From Candidatus Beckwithbacteria bacterium GW2011_GWC1_49_16 (lineage in GTDB: Bacteria; Patescibacteriota; Microgenomatia; UBA1400; CG1-02-47-37): DNA of 64,000 bases. Position numbers and translations under genes: made by a program. Below, piece after piece: positions 23,979 to 34,943 of the stretch. Position 1 is the stretch's first letter; each line of letters begins with the position of its first letter. The notes beneath the pieces were generated by a model that was not told the origin of the DNA, made no database searches, and was given only the letters and a program-made list of their open reading frames with translations. The stretch spans positions 453,663-517,662 of the forward strand of contig CP011210.1 of assembly GCA_001029675.1 (NCBI GenBank), read 5' to 3'.

Positions 23979-25697
23979 CTATTTCACTCCCGAGGAGTCC
24001 ATGCGGCTTGCCTCGCCGGCAGGCGGGCCACCTCGGGAGTGGTAGGCAGAGGCGGCTTTCAAGTATTCGATAAAAATCGGGTGGGGAAATAAGGGGCGGG
24101 ACTTGTATTCGGGGTGGCCCTGGGTGCCTAAGAAAAAAGGGTGGACCTTACGGGGCAGTTCGATAATCTCGACCAAATCCTCTTTAAGCGCGCGGGCGGA
24201 AATGACCAGGCCGGCTTTTCTCAACCGATTTAAATAGTCGCGGTTGAATTCATAGCGGTGGCGGTGGCGTTCTTCGGTCAGGCCGCGCCTTTTATTGATA
24301 AAGCCGCGGTGGCGGTTGTAAATCTGCCAGGCTAAAGTTTTAGGACTGACTAGAGCCCGCCAACTGCCCAGCCTCATCGTGCCGCCGTAGGCACGGGCTT
24401 TAAGGTTTCTCAATTGGGCCGGAATGATGTGGATCACCGGGTGGGCCGTTTTTGGTTTGATTTCAGTCGAATGGGCGCCTTTGAGCTGGGCGACGTTTTG
24501 AGCAAACTCGACTACACTAAGCTGCATGCCGAAGCACAGGCCCAAGTAGGGAATTTTTTCTTCCCGGGCGTATCGAATTGCCTGGATCATGCCGGACACA
24601 CCCCTTGGCCCCCAACCGATGGGGACGATGATGCCGTCGACTCCGGCAAGCAACTTTTTGACGTTAAAACGATTTAATTTTTGCGAGTTGATTTCTCTGA
24701 TTTTCAAGTCGACCCGGGAATTGGCGGCGGCGTGCCTTAAGGCTTCGACCAAGGAACGGTAAGAGTCGGTCAGGTGGTAGTCACCGGTGGAAAAATATTT
24801 GCCGACGATGGCGATTTCGGCCGAGTGGATTTTTTTCTGGTTGGTTTTTTTGATAAAGTCGTGCCAATCTTTAAGTTGAGGCTTTTTGGGTTTTAAACCC
24901 AGTTTGGCTCTTAATCTTTGGGTGAGATTTTGAGAGTCGAAAATTAAGGGCAGCTCGTAGATGTTGGCAACATCCGGCGAGGAGATGATGTCTTCGGCTT
25001 CGAGGTTGCAAAACAGGGCAAAACGCTCGCGCCGACGCTTATCAATGATCCGGTCGGCCCGGGCGACAATAAAATCGGGCTGGATGCCCATGGAGTTTAA
25101 CTGCTTGACTGACAGCTGGGTGGGTTTGGTTTTGGGTTCCCCCAGGTGCGGCGGGGTGGGCAGGTATGACACGTGGACGTGGACGACGGTGTCGTGGTGT
25201 TTTAATTTCATTATCCGGGAGGCCTCGTAGTAGAGGATGTTTTGGTACTCACCGGCGGTGCCGCCAAGCTCGACCACCACCACGTCGGCTTGGTCTTTTT
25301 TGCCCACGGCTTTGATTTTTCTGATGATCTCGTCGGTGACGTGGGGAATGGCTTCGACGTCCTCGCCGCCGTAGTCAAAATTCCTTTCCCGGTCGATAAC
25401 GGTTTTGTAGATTTGGCCCAAGGTGATGAAGTTATCGATGGAGAGGTTGGTGTTTAAAAACATCTCGTAGGTGCCGATGTCCATGTCGGTTTCGGCGCCG
25501 TCGGCGCACAAAAACGGGTCGCCGTGCTCGATGGGGTTAATTAAGCCGGCGTCGAAGTTTAAATAGTTTTCGCACTTGACCGGGACAACTTTAAGGCCGG
25601 TGGACTTTAAAAGCAGGGAGATGGCGCCGGTAATCAAGCCTTTACCCAGTCCGGATAAAACTCCACCAGAAACGAAGATGTAGCGCGTTTGCGGCAT
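23979..25697 (-). CDS. pyrG: CTP synthase
   Basis: 572 aa. The N-terminus reads MPQTRYIFVSGGVLSGLGKG, and the C-terminal half is a glutamine amidotransferase domain (GLCFGMQL). Confidence 0.9.
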   Translation of the reverse strand: MPQTRYIFVSGGVLSGLGKGLITGAISLLLKSTGLKVVPVKCENYLNFDAGLINPIEHGDPFLCADGAETDMDIGTYEMFLNTNLSIDNFITLGQIYKTVIDRERNFDYGGEDVEAIPHVTDEIIRKIKAVGKKDQADVVVVELGGTAGEYQNILYYEASRIMKLKHHDTVVHVHVSYLPTPPHLGEPKTKPTQLSVKQLNSMGIQPDFIVARADRIIDKRRRERFALFCNLEAEDIISSPDVANIYELPLIFDSQNLTQRLRAKLGLKPKKPQLKDWHDFIKKTNQKKIHSAEIAIVGKYFSTGDYHLTDSYRSLVEALRHAAANSRVDLKIREINSQKLNRFNVKKLLAGVDGIIVPIGWGPRGVSGMIQAIRYAREEKIPYLGLCFGMQLSVVEFAQNVAQLKGAHSTEIKPKTAHPVIHIIPAQLRNLKARAYGGTMRLGSWRALVSPKTLAWQIYNRHRGFINKRRGLTEERHRHRYEFNRDYLNRLRKAGLVISARALKEDLVEIIELPRKVHPFFLGTQGHPEYKSRPLFPHPIFIEYLKAASAYHSRGGPPAGEASRMDSSGVK

Positions 25698-25714
25698 AAA
25701 GTATTATACCCGAT

Positions 25715-28700
25715 TTAGTCAATCCTGCCTTTGAAGGGTTTGATCAGCTGAATGATTTTCTCTTCGGTTGTAGTAAAGTCGACGCCGTAGGGCAGGCGGA
25801 TTTTTTGGCTGTAGCCGTTTTGGCTCAAATTGATGGAAACGGGTTGATCGCCGGGGTGGGATTCAAGTAAATTTTTTAATTTGACCATGGTATTTTTGGG
25901 AGTGGAAGAATTAAGGTAGATTGTATGGTTTGGGCTCCTGGTGTCAGTGGTTTTTGGAGTTTGGGACTGGGGAGATTTGACGCTGTCAACCAGAATCGCC
26001 AGCTTGTCCTTAAAGTCAACTTTGCCGGTGATCAGTAAAGGCCTGTCGGGAGCTAAAAACTTGGCGGCGGCGGCGTAGACTTTAGGGAAAATGACCAACT
26101 CAATGGTGCCGGTTTCGTCTTCGAGTTCGGCAAAAGCCATCAACTGGTTTGATTTTTTGGTGCGGATGGTTTTTAAGTTTTTCAAAACTCCGCCCAAAAG
26201 TACCTGGCGGTTCAAGTGGACTTGGCGGTCGAGTTCGGAAACTTGGTGGGAGGCTTGTTTCCTGATTTTTTTCAAAGCGTCGGCCATGGGGTGCTCGGTT
26301 AAGTAAAAACCCAAGAGCTGGCGCTCAAAGTTAAGGAGGTCGGTTTTGCCAAGTTCGGCGACTTCAGGGAGGACGTCGGTAAAGTGGCTGCCGGGGTTGT
26401 CGCGGGCTGCGCCAAAGAGCGAAGTTTGGGGACTGGTAAGCTCTTTTTGGTATTGAGCCGCTTTTTGGCGGATGGCTTCCAGCCCGACCAGCATCGCCGA
26501 GCGTTTGCCGAAAGCGTCCAGTGCCCCCACTTGGATGAGGCTTTCGAGCACTTTCTTGTTGACTTTTTGCTGGTCGACGCGGCGGCAAAAGTCAGTCAAA
26601 GATTTAAAGGGGCTTTTATCCCTTTGAGCTAAGATAGCTTTGATGGCGGCGACGCCGACGTTTTTTATGGCAGATAAACCAAAGCGGATGGACTTTTGGT
26701 TTAAAGAATGTTTGTCTTTGATGATGGTGAAACCGACTTTGGACTGGTTAATATCCGGGGGCAAAACGGCAATGCCCATTTGCTTTGATTCTTCGACGGC
26801 GACGGGGATTTTGTCTTTGTTGCCGGACTCGGCGGTGAGCAGTGCGGCCATGAACTCAACCGGGTAGAGGGCTTTCATGTAGGCGGTCTGGTAAGCGATC
26901 ATGGCGTAAGCGGTGGCGTGGGCTTTGTTGAAACCGTAGCCGGCAAATTTGTCGATGTAGCCCCAGACGCGGTCGGCGATTTCCTTGGAATAACCTTTTT
27001 CCCGAGCCTGGCGGATAAATTTTTCTTTCTCTTTGACCATTAAAGCCCGTTTTTTCTTGCCGATGGCCCGGCGCAAAATATCGGCCTCGCCCAGGGAGTA
27101 GCCGGCCATGATGTTGGCAATTTGTAAAGCCTGCTCCTGGTAGACGGCGATGCCGTAGGTTTCTTCCAAAACTTCTTTTAAGTCGGGGTGGGGGTAGCGA
27201 ACGCGGGAGGGATTTAGTTTTCCGGCAATAAAGTCGTCGATTAGCTCCATCGGGCCGGGGCGGTAAAGAGCCACCATGGCGGTGATGTCGGAAAAGCGGG
27301 AAGGTTTTAATTTTCTGGCGACCCGGCGCATGCCGGCCGACTCTAATTGAAAAATGCCGATGGTGTTGCCCGTCGACAAAAGCTTAAACACCGCCGGTTC
27401 GTCTAAGGGGATTTCGGAGATGTCGACCTTATCCCCTGACTGCTCCTCGACAAACTCGATCGCCTTTTGGAGAATGGTCAGGTTTCTCAAGCCCAAAAAG
27501 TCGATTTTTAACAAACCAATGGCGTCGGGCGAGATGTTGCAGTCTAACGAGTACATGTCGTATTGGGTCATCACCCGTTCGTTTTTAGTCTCAAGCTGCA
27601 GCGGGGTGTACTCGGTCAAAGGTTTGTCACCGATGACCACGCCGGCGGCGTGGGTCGAAGCGTGCCTGGCGGTACCCTCGACTTTTTTAGCCAGATTAAG
27701 TAGCTCTTTAAAGTCGTCCTGTTTGTAGTATTCCTGGAGTTCGGTGGAGTTGACCAGTGCCTCTTCTAAAGAAAAGCCAAAGGGAATGAGTTTGGCGATG
27801 CGGTCGGGGTCGGAGTAGGGCATGCCCAAGACCCGGCCGATGTCTCTGATGGCGCCGCGGGCCTCCATGGTGCCGAAGGTAATGATCTGGGCCACCTTGT
27901 CTTTGCCGTACTTGTTGGCGACGTAGTCGATGACTAAGTCCCTGCGGTCGTCGGCAAAGTCAAGGTCGATGTCCGGAGGACTGGGGCGCTCGGGGTTTAA
28001 AAAGCGCTCAAAAGGAATGTTGTGTTCGATCGGGTTGATTGAGGTAATCCGCAAAGCGTAGGCGACCAATGAGCCGGCGACTGAACCCCGCCCGGGGCCG
28101 ACCCGGACGTGGTTTTTCTTGGCCCAGTTGACAAAGTCAGCGACGATCAGAAAGTAAGTGGCAAAGCCTTTGTCGTTGATAACGTCTAACTCGTAGTCGA
28201 GGCGCTTTTGGACGTCTTTTTTGATAGGAGTAAAGCGTTTTTTTAAACCCTCTTGGGCGAGTTTAGTTAAGTACTTTTCCGGTTTTTTGAAGCCTGAAGG
28301 CAAAGGGAAGGCGGGCAGGATCCATTTACCGGTGGGAATCTCCACATTACATTTGTCGGCGATTTTGAGGGTATTTTCCAAAGCATCGGGAGTCTCGGGG
28401 AAAAGATCCGCCATTTCCGAAGCCGATTTTAAATAGTAGTCAGGGGAGCCGATCATGGTCAGGCGGTTTTCATCGGAGAGAACAGTTTTGGTCTGGATGG
28501 CCAGAAGTGCGTCCTGGGCCTTGGCGTCTTCGGCATTGACGTAATGGACGTCGTTGGTGGCCACCACCGGGATGCCAAGCTGGCGCGACAGGTCAAGAAT
28601 TTTTTGGTTTAAACCTTTCAGCTCGGGAATACCCTGGTGGGATTGAAGTTCTAAATAAAAATCTTCGCCAAAGGCTTCGATAAACTTTTTGCACCAGGCT

Positions 28701-29167
28701 TTGGCTTCTTTTTCGTTGCCGTCTCTTAAGCATTTGGGGATAATTCCCTGCATGCAGGAGGAAGTGGCGATCAGTCCTTTAGAGTATTTTTTCAGAGTGT
28801 CCCAGTCAAAGCGGGGGCGGTAATAGTAGCCTTCAAGGTGGGCGATAGTGGTCAGCTGCATTAGGTTTTTATAGCCGGTGATGTCGCGGGCCAGAAGCAG
28901 CTGGTGAAAGGTTTTTTTATTGACTCCGGGGGAGCGGTCGGCCATATCAGCGGTAGTCAGGTAGCCCTCCATGCCGATGATCGGTTTTAGCCCGGCCTTT
29001 TTGGCGGCGTTTTGGAACTTAACCGCGCCGTACATGACGCCGTGGTCGGTCAGGGCCAGGGACTTCATCTTTAGAGCTTGGGCGCGGGCGATGAGTTCGT
29101 CGATGTCGGAGAGTCCGTCTAACAGGGAGTATTCGGAGTGAACGTGAAGATGAACGAAGTCAGCCAT
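25715..29167 (-). CDS. dnaE: DNA polymerase III alpha subunit
   Basis: 1150 aa. The N-terminal PHP domain begins HLHVHSEYSLLDG. The polymerase core and an OB-fold C-terminal region follow. Confidence 0.9.
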   Translation of the reverse strand: MADFVHLHVHSEYSLLDGLSDIDELIARAQALKMKSLALTDHGVMYGAVKFQNAAKKAGLKPIIGMEGYLTTADMADRSPGVNKKTFHQLLLARDITGYKNLMQLTTIAHLEGYYYRPRFDWDTLKKYSKGLIATSSCMQGIIPKCLRDGNEKEAKAWCKKFIEAFGEDFYLELQSHQGIPELKGLNQKILDLSRQLGIPVVATNDVHYVNAEDAKAQDALLAIQTKTVLSDENRLTMIGSPDYYLKSASEMADLFPETPDALENTLKIADKCNVEIPTGKWILPAFPLPSGFKKPEKYLTKLAQEGLKKRFTPIKKDVQKRLDYELDVINDKGFATYFLIVADFVNWAKKNHVRVGPGRGSVAGSLVAYALRITSINPIEHNIPFERFLNPERPSPPDIDLDFADDRRDLVIDYVANKYGKDKVAQIITFGTMEARGAIRDIGRVLGMPYSDPDRIAKLIPFGFSLEEALVNSTELQEYYKQDDFKELLNLAKKVEGTARHASTHAAGVVIGDKPLTEYTPLQLETKNERVMTQYDMYSLDCNISPDAIGLLKIDFLGLRNLTILQKAIEFVEEQSGDKVDISEIPLDEPAVFKLLSTGNTIGIFQLESAGMRRVARKLKPSRFSDITAMVALYRPGPMELIDDFIAGKLNPSRVRYPHPDLKEVLEETYGIAVYQEQALQIANIMAGYSLGEADILRRAIGKKKRALMVKEKEKFIRQAREKGYSKEIADRVWGYIDKFAGYGFNKAHATAYAMIAYQTAYMKALYPVEFMAALLTAESGNKDKIPVAVEESKQMGIAVLPPDINQSKVGFTIIKDKHSLNQKSIRFGLSAIKNVGVAAIKAILAQRDKSPFKSLTDFCRRVDQQKVNKKVLESLIQVGALDAFGKRSAMLVGLEAIRQKAAQYQKELTSPQTSLFGAARDNPGSHFTDVLPEVAELGKTDLLNFERQLLGFYLTEHPMADALKKIRKQASHQVSELDRQVHLNRQVLLGGVLKNLKTIRTKKSNQLMAFAELEDETGTIELVIFPKVYAAAAKFLAPDRPLLITGKVDFKDKLAILVDSVKSPQSQTPKTTDTRSPNHTIYLNSSTPKNTMVKLKNLLESHPGDQPVSINLSQNGYSQKIRLPYGVDFTTTEEKIIQLIKPFKGRID

Positions 29168-29208
29168 TTGAATTATCTTACCACACCTTCAGGATCTGAT
29201 CCCGTAGG

Positions 29209-30495
29209 CTAGACTTGAAGGCGTTTGAGCAGGAGTTTGCGGGCGGCAACGGCATCGGCTTGGCCGCGGGTGAGTCTCATTACCTGGCCGACTAAAAAGG
29301 CAACGGCCGAACTTTTACCGGCTTTGATTTTGGCGACGACGTCGGGGTTGTCTTTAATTACCTGGTCGATTATACCTAAGTCGACGGTTTGCTTTTGAGT
29401 GAGAGTCTTCAGCTGTTCGGCTGCCGGTTTATCCAATGAGATTTTGTGGTTGATGATTAAATTGGCCAGCTTTTCTGGCGATACTTTAAGGGTCTGGGCG
29501 GTTTTGACCGAGTTTTTAAAGTAAGTTAGCCTTGAAGCTTTGGCGACCAAAAGTGAAGCAAGTTTAGGCGGGAGATTAAAGCGGTCGACCAAATCTTTGG
29601 CCTTGGCTTCCGGCAGCCGGGGCAGTTTGGCGCGGATGGCAGCGATGTCTTTATCGGAAAAGACCATTGGTGGAATGTCCGGCTCGGGAAAGTAACGGTA
29701 GTCCTCGGCGGTTTCTTTGTAGCGCTGGACAAAAGTGGAGCGGGTTTTGGGGTCGTAGCCGCGGGTTTCCTGCCTGGGGGTTTTACCGGCCTTTAAGAGT
29801 TTTTCCTGGCGGGATAATTCATAGTCGATGGCTTGTTCGACAAATCTAAACGAGTTTAGGTTTTTGACCTCGACCTTGTAGGCGAGTGACTCCCCCATCG
29901 AGACGTTGGCTTCGAGTCTCATTGAGCCTTTTTCCATGTCGCAGTCGGAGACTTTAAGGGTGCGCAGAATAGCGGTTAGTTTCTTCAAAAACTCTTTGGC
30001 CTCGGCGCCCGAGGCAATGTCCGGCTCGGTGACGATCTCGACCAAGGGCACGCCCGAGCGGTTAAAGTCGACCAAAGATACGCGCTTGCCGCCGACGGTT
30101 TGGTGGATGAGTTTGCCGGTATCTTCTTCCAGATGCACCCGGGTGAGGTTAATGATTTTACCCGAGTCCAAAGCCAGCTGGCCGCCGCGGCACAAAGGCT
30201 CGTCGTACTGGGAGATCTGGAAGCCTTTGGGCAGGTCGGGGTAAAAGTAGTGCTTGCGGTCAAACTTGGAAGTTTTATTGACGGTTGAGCCAAGCGCCAG
30301 GCCGATCATCATCGTCCAGTCGACGGCCTTTTTGTTGGGTACCGGCAAAGCCCCGGGCAACCCTAAACAAACCGGGCAGGTGTGAGTGTTGGGTTTGACA
30401 GCAAAGTGCTCAGCCGGGCAGCCGCAAAACATTTTCGAGGCGGTAGCCAGCTCGACGTGGACTTCCATGCCGATGGTGGGAGTGAGTTTAAGCAT
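29209..30495 (-). CDS. gatB: Asp-tRNA(Asn)/Glu-tRNA(Gln) amidotransferase subunit B
   Basis: 428 aa. TIGMEVHVELATASKMFCGCPAEHF...THTCPVCLGLPGALPV is a GatB signature. It overlaps gatA by 8 nt. Confidence 0.85.
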   Translation of the reverse strand: MLKLTPTIGMEVHVELATASKMFCGCPAEHFAVKPNTHTCPVCLGLPGALPVPNKKAVDWTMMIGLALGSTVNKTSKFDRKHYFYPDLPKGFQISQYDEPLCRGGQLALDSGKIINLTRVHLEEDTGKLIHQTVGGKRVSLVDFNRSGVPLVEIVTEPDIASGAEAKEFLKKLTAILRTLKVSDCDMEKGSMRLEANVSMGESLAYKVEVKNLNSFRFVEQAIDYELSRQEKLLKAGKTPRQETRGYDPKTRSTFVQRYKETAEDYRYFPEPDIPPMVFSDKDIAAIRAKLPRLPEAKAKDLVDRFNLPPKLASLLVAKASRLTYFKNSVKTAQTLKVSPEKLANLIINHKISLDKPAAEQLKTLTQKQTVDLGIIDQVIKDNPDVVAKIKAGKSSAVAFLVGQVMRLTRGQADAVAARKLLLKRLQV

Positions 30496-31918
30496 AGTCG
30501 GTTACCGGTTTTTTTAAGTGCCAGTCGGTGGCGGCCTGGTAAGCGGCGCTTACCGCCAGCACCAATCCCTCGGCAAACTGGGGGCCGGTGATCTGCAGGC
30601 CGACGGGCAGGCCAGTGACAAAGCCGCAAGGGACGCTGGTGCCGGTGAGGCCGGCGACACTTGAGGGTTCCATGAGCATGTCGACGATCTCGCCAAACAT
30701 GGGGCTGTCTTTGCTGGCGCCGACTTTAAGGGCCGGGCCGGGGGTGACCGGACCGATAACCAGGTCGTACTTTCGAAAAGTTTTTTTAAACTCTTCGATA
30801 ATTAAGGTTCTGACTTTTTGGGCCTTGTTGTAATACTGGTCGTAGTAGCCGGCTGACAGGGCAAAAGAACCGAGCATGACGCGGTTTTTGGCTTCGTGGC
30901 CAAAATGACTTCTGTCGTTGCCGTAGCGGACGCCGTCGTAGCGGGCCAGGTTTGACGAGACTTCGGAGCGCTGGACCAGGGTATAAACGCCGATTGAATA
31001 GTGCGGGTCGATGAGTGAAATTTGGTCAATTTTGGCACCCAAGCCTTCTAGTTTTTTTAAAGCGTTTTCGATTAGTTTGGCCGTAGCCTTATCCATCTCC
31101 TTGACCAGATACTCCTTGGGAACAGCCAGACGCCTGCCCTTCAAGGATAAACCTTGAAGGTGGCCAAGGTTTAAGTTTACCGGTCGACCCGAGGTGGTAG
31201 CATCAAAGGGGTCGGGGCCAGCGATGACTTGATACACTCTGGCAGCGTCGGCGACGGTTTTGGTTAAAGGGCCTGGAGAATCGGTTGATGAAGCCATGGC
31301 GATGACGCCGTAGCGGGACACGCGGCCGTAGGTGGGTTTTAAACCGGTGATGCCGCACCAGCAAGCCGGGCCTCTGACCGAGCCGGCGGTTTCGGAACCG
31401 ATGGCAAAAATGCACATGTCGGCGGCCACAGCTGCGGCCGAGCCTCCTGAAGACCCGCCGGGAGTATGATTCAGGTTCCAGGGGTTTCTGGTGGTGCCGT
31501 AGTCTGAAGTTTCGGTGGACGAGCCGTGGGCCCAGGCGTCCATGTTGGTTTTACCCAAAAGGACGGTGCCGGCAGTCTTCAAGCGGGCATAAACCGTGGC
31601 GTCGTATTGAGGAATGTAGTCGTCTAAAACTTTAGAGGAAGCAGTGGTTTTCAACCCGGCAGTCAAAAAGTTGTCTTTTAAAGCGTAAGGGATGCCCAAA
31701 AGCGGTTGGGTTTTAAAGGCGTTGCCATCGGAGCGGATTTTTAAGTCTGCAGCCTTGGCGGCTTTCAAGGCGTCGGGGTTCAGGGTCAAAAAAGCGTTTA
31801 GCTTGGGGTTTAAGCGCTTGATTTCGTCAAGGCAAGCCAGGGTCAGCTCGACCGAAGAAAATTTCTTGACCTTCAAGCCTTCGAGGGCTTCGGTGAGAGT
31901 CAACTGATTAAGTTTCAT
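30488..31918 (-). CDS. gatA: Glu-tRNA(Gln) amidotransferase subunit A (amidase signature family)
   Basis: Amidase signature GGSSGGSAAAVAA. The track ORF extends to 31966. The internal Met (MKLNQLTLTEALEGL) at 31918 gives the usual 11-nt overlap with gatC, so either start is possible. Confidence 0.85.
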   Translation of the reverse strand: MKLNQLTLTEALEGLKVKKFSSVELTLACLDEIKRLNPKLNAFLTLNPDALKAAKAADLKIRSDGNAFKTQPLLGIPYALKDNFLTAGLKTTASSKVLDDYIPQYDATVYARLKTAGTVLLGKTNMDAWAHGSSTETSDYGTTRNPWNLNHTPGGSSGGSAAAVAADMCIFAIGSETAGSVRGPACWCGITGLKPTYGRVSRYGVIAMASSTDSPGPLTKTVADAARVYQVIAGPDPFDATTSGRPVNLNLGHLQGLSLKGRRLAVPKEYLVKEMDKATAKLIENALKKLEGLGAKIDQISLIDPHYSIGVYTLVQRSEVSSNLARYDGVRYGNDRSHFGHEAKNRVMLGSFALSAGYYDQYYNKAQKVRTLIIEEFKKTFRKYDLVIGPVTPGPALKVGASKDSPMFGEIVDMLMEPSSVAGLTGTSVPCGFVTGLPVGLQITGPQFAEGLVLAVSAAYQAATDWHLKKPVTDYA

Positions 31919-32234
31919 CAAAGATGGCCGGGACAACAAAGTATCCCTTATGAGAATTTTTGGCATTGACTAGAGCTTTTTGTTGCGATAGCACCCGTGA
32001 TTTATCGACCTTATCGGGCCGATAGACGTTTTTCAGGCCGGTGACCTGGAAGGTGGAGCCAACTTTTTTGGTGTTAAGTTGTTCTAGCTTGTCAACTGTC
32101 TTAAGCGTCGCCTCAAAACCGGTTTTAAAGCCGGCAGCCTCATTAGGGCTGACCGTCATCTTAGAAAGCTCGGCCAAGTGGGAGACGTTGATTTTGGATT
32201 TGGTTTTGTCCATAAAAAAAACTAGCGCCTTCAA
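31908..32234 (-). CDS. gatC: Glu-tRNA(Gln) amidotransferase subunit C
   Basis: About 100 aa. INVSHLAELSKMTVSPNE is a GatC N-terminal motif. The gatC-gatA-gatB gene order fits. Confidence 0.75.
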   Translation of the reverse strand: MKALVFFMDKTKSKINVSHLAELSKMTVSPNEAAGFKTGFEATLKTVDKLEQLNTKKVGSTFQVTGLKNVYRPDKVDKSRVLSQQKALVNAKNSHKGYFVVPAIFDET

Positions 32235-32337
32235 GAGCTAGTTTAGCAAAGTTTGGCTCAACCAACCAGCTCTCCTAGGTTTAGGAGTTTTGTTGCTGAT
32301 TGAGTTGAGAAAGATACATTGGGGGTAAGTTATCAAT

Positions 32338-34920
32338 TTAAGCCTTCAAAGTCAAGGCGCCTTTGGCGGCGTCGATGGTAACGGTAGTTCCCTCTTTGAC
32401 TTTATTTTCGATGATCATCAGTGACAGGGGGTCGAGGATCTCGTTTTGGATGACTCTTTTTAAGGGCCGGGCGCCAAAAGCGTCGTCAAAGCCTTTTTGG
32501 CTTAAGTACTTCTCGGCCGCCGGGGTGACTTTGAGGGTGATTTTTTTGTCGGCTAGACGCCGGTTGACCCGGTCAAGCTGGAGCTTGACGATTGAGTTAA
32601 GCATTTCCGGGGTGAGTTGGTCGAAGATGATGATCTGGTCCAGACGGTTGATAAACTCGGGGCGGAAAGACTGGTTAACTAGCTCCCAGATTTTCTGTTT
32701 CATTTCTTCCTGTTTGTCTTTTTTGCCGGCGTAATCCTGAATAATGTTGCCGCCAAGGTTACTGGTCATAATCACAACGGTGTTTTTAAAGCTGATGGTT
32801 CTGCCCTTGCCGTCGGTCAGTCTGCCCTCGTCAAGGATCTGAAGGAATGCGTTAAAAATCTGCGGGTGGGCTTTTTCGATCTCGTCAAAGAGGATGACCG
32901 AGTAGGGTTTTCTCCTGACCGCCTCGGTCAGCTGGCCGCCCTCTTCAAAGCCGACGTAGCCGGGCGGGGCGCCGATTAAGCGCGCCAGGGAGTGGCTTTC
33001 CGAGTACTCGCTCATGTCGGTTCTTACTAGCGCCTTTTCGTCGCCGAACAAAACCTCGGCTAAGGCTTTGGCCAGTTCGGTTTTGCCCACACCCGTCGGG
33101 CCCATGAAGATAAACGAGCCGATGGGGCGGGGTTCTTCGCTAATCCCCGCCCGGGACCGCCTGATGGCGCCGGCGACTTCGCGGACGGCCTCGTCTTGGT
33201 TGACGACGCGCTGGTGGAGTTCGTCTTCAAGGTGGGCCAGTTTTTCGGCCTCGGTAGAGAGGAGTTTGGCCACCGGCACGCCGCTCCAGCGGGAGACGAC
33301 CTGGGCGATGTCTTCCTCGGTGACTGACAGCTTTAAAATTTTATCTTCGTCGGGGATTTTCTCCCAAGTTTCTTGGAGCTTGGTCAACTCCTTTTCAATT
33401 TGGGGTAAATCGCCGTATTTGATTTTGGCGGCTTCTTCGAGTTTGACCTCGCGCTCGAGCGTTTCCAGCCTGGTTTTTAGCTCGTCAGCCTGGCCTTGGA
33501 GTTTTTGGATTTTGGTCAGTAATTCTTTTTGACTCGCCCACCTTAATTTCAACTTGGTTTCTTTTTCTTTGAGGGGAGCTAAGTTTTTCTTGATTTCGGC
33601 TAGTCTGGCCTGGGCGGTTTTTGATTTCTCCTTTTTGAGGGCGGCCTGTTCGATTTCTAGTTGGGTAATTTGGCGTTTTAATTGGTCAAGTTCCTCCGGT
33701 TGCGATTCGGACTCGATTTTTAGGCCCGAAGTGGCTTCGTCAACCAAGTCGATGGCTTTGTCGGGCAAAAAGCGGTCGGCAATGTAGCGGTCGGAGAGCT
33801 TGGCGGCGGCAACGACGGCGTCGTCAGTGATCTTGATGCCGTGGTGGACTTCGTACTTTTCTTTAAGGCCGCGGAGGATGGAGACGGTGTCGGCTACGCT
33901 CGGCGGGTTGATCAGCACCGGCTGGAAGCGGCGCTCGAGCGCCGCGTCTTTTTCGATGTGCTGGCGGTATTCGCTGACAGTCGTGGCGCCGATGGCGTGG
34001 AGTTCGCCGCGGGCTAAGGCCGGCTTTAAGATGTTGGCCGCGTCGATGGCCCCTTCGGCCGCCCCGGCCCCGACCAGGGTGTGGAGTTCGTCGATAAACA
34101 GAAGGTAGCGGCCGGCGCCTTTTTGGATTTGTTTTAAGACGGCTTTTAGCCGGTCTTCAAACTCGCCCCTGAACTTGGAGCCGGCCAAGATCGAAGCCAG
34201 GTCCAAAACCAGCACTTCTTTGTCTTTTAAAGTTTCGGGGACGTCGCCGGAAGCGACGCGCTGGGCCAAGCCTTCGGCGATGGCGGTCTTACCCACGCCG
34301 GGATCGCCGATTAGTACGGGATTGTTTTTGGTGCGCCGGGAAAGTACCTGCATCAGCCGTCTTATCTCTTCGTTCCGGCCGATGACCGGGTCGAGCTTGC
34401 CGGCGCGGGCCAACTCTGTCAGGTTGGTGGTAAATTTTTCCAAGGCTTGGTATTTGCCTTCGGGATTTTGGTCGGTCACTTTTTCGCCTCCTCTGACGTC
34501 TTTTAAGACCGCGTTGATTTTATCGGCGGTGACGTTTGCTTGTTTGAGGATAGCACTAGCTTGGCAGTCTGTCAATGAGAGTGCTAAGAGCAGATGTTCG
34601 CGGGAAACATAGTCGTCGCCCAAACTTTTAGCTTGCTTCTCGGCTTGATTTAAGACTTCTGCCAGTTCCCGGGCGACTCGCGGTTGGCTGCCGCCTTCTA
34701 CTTTCGGTTCTGCTTCCAGTTTTTCCTGGGCTGCCTGGCTGATTTCTGCCGGCGAGGCCTCAAGCTGCTTTAAGATCTCTACCACCACCGAGTCAAAGTC
34801 TGTCAGTAAGGCTAAAAGCAGATGAAGCGAGTTGACTTCCGCGTTTTTGGCGTCAGTTGCCAGCTTAACGGCAGCGGCCAGGGCTTGTTGTGATTGGTGG
34901 GTTAACTTTTCCGGATCCAT
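32338..34920 (-). CDS. clpB: ATP-dependent chaperone ClpB
   Basis: 860 aa with two AAA+ modules ([18 protein letters not shown]; [16 protein letters not shown]), a long coiled-coil middle domain and a Clp N-domain. Confidence 0.9.
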   Translation of the reverse strand: MDPEKLTHQSQQALAAAVKLATDAKNAEVNSLHLLLALLTDFDSVVVEILKQLEASPAEISQAAQEKLEAEPKVEGGSQPRVARELAEVLNQAEKQAKSLGDDYVSREHLLLALSLTDCQASAILKQANVTADKINAVLKDVRGGEKVTDQNPEGKYQALEKFTTNLTELARAGKLDPVIGRNEEIRRLMQVLSRRTKNNPVLIGDPGVGKTAIAEGLAQRVASGDVPETLKDKEVLVLDLASILAGSKFRGEFEDRLKAVLKQIQKGAGRYLLFIDELHTLVGAGAAEGAIDAANILKPALARGELHAIGATTVSEYRQHIEKDAALERRFQPVLINPPSVADTVSILRGLKEKYEVHHGIKITDDAVVAAAKLSDRYIADRFLPDKAIDLVDEATSGLKIESESQPEELDQLKRQITQLEIEQAALKKEKSKTAQARLAEIKKNLAPLKEKETKLKLRWASQKELLTKIQKLQGQADELKTRLETLEREVKLEEAAKIKYGDLPQIEKELTKLQETWEKIPDEDKILKLSVTEEDIAQVVSRWSGVPVAKLLSTEAEKLAHLEDELHQRVVNQDEAVREVAGAIRRSRAGISEEPRPIGSFIFMGPTGVGKTELAKALAEVLFGDEKALVRTDMSEYSESHSLARLIGAPPGYVGFEEGGQLTEAVRRKPYSVILFDEIEKAHPQIFNAFLQILDEGRLTDGKGRTISFKNTVVIMTSNLGGNIIQDYAGKKDKQEEMKQKIWELVNQSFRPEFINRLDQIIIFDQLTPEMLNSIVKLQLDRVNRRLADKKITLKVTPAAEKYLSQKGFDDAFGARPLKRVIQNEILDPLSLMIIENKVKEGTTVTIDAAKGALTLKA

Positions 34921-34943
34921 GGGCAGTAAACCTATTTTACCCT

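Noticed and set aside
23467-24045. Gly/Phe-rich ORFs (23467-23667, 23678-23941, 23692-24045) opposite rplS
   Set aside because: They are antisense translations of the Lys/Ala/Pro-rich L19 tail and core. No independent support.
33014-34612. Series of Ser/Ala-rich plus-strand ORFs inside clpB
   Set aside because: They are antisense to a highly conserved AAA+ chaperone gene. Their composition is a mirror artefact of the GC-rich coding strand.
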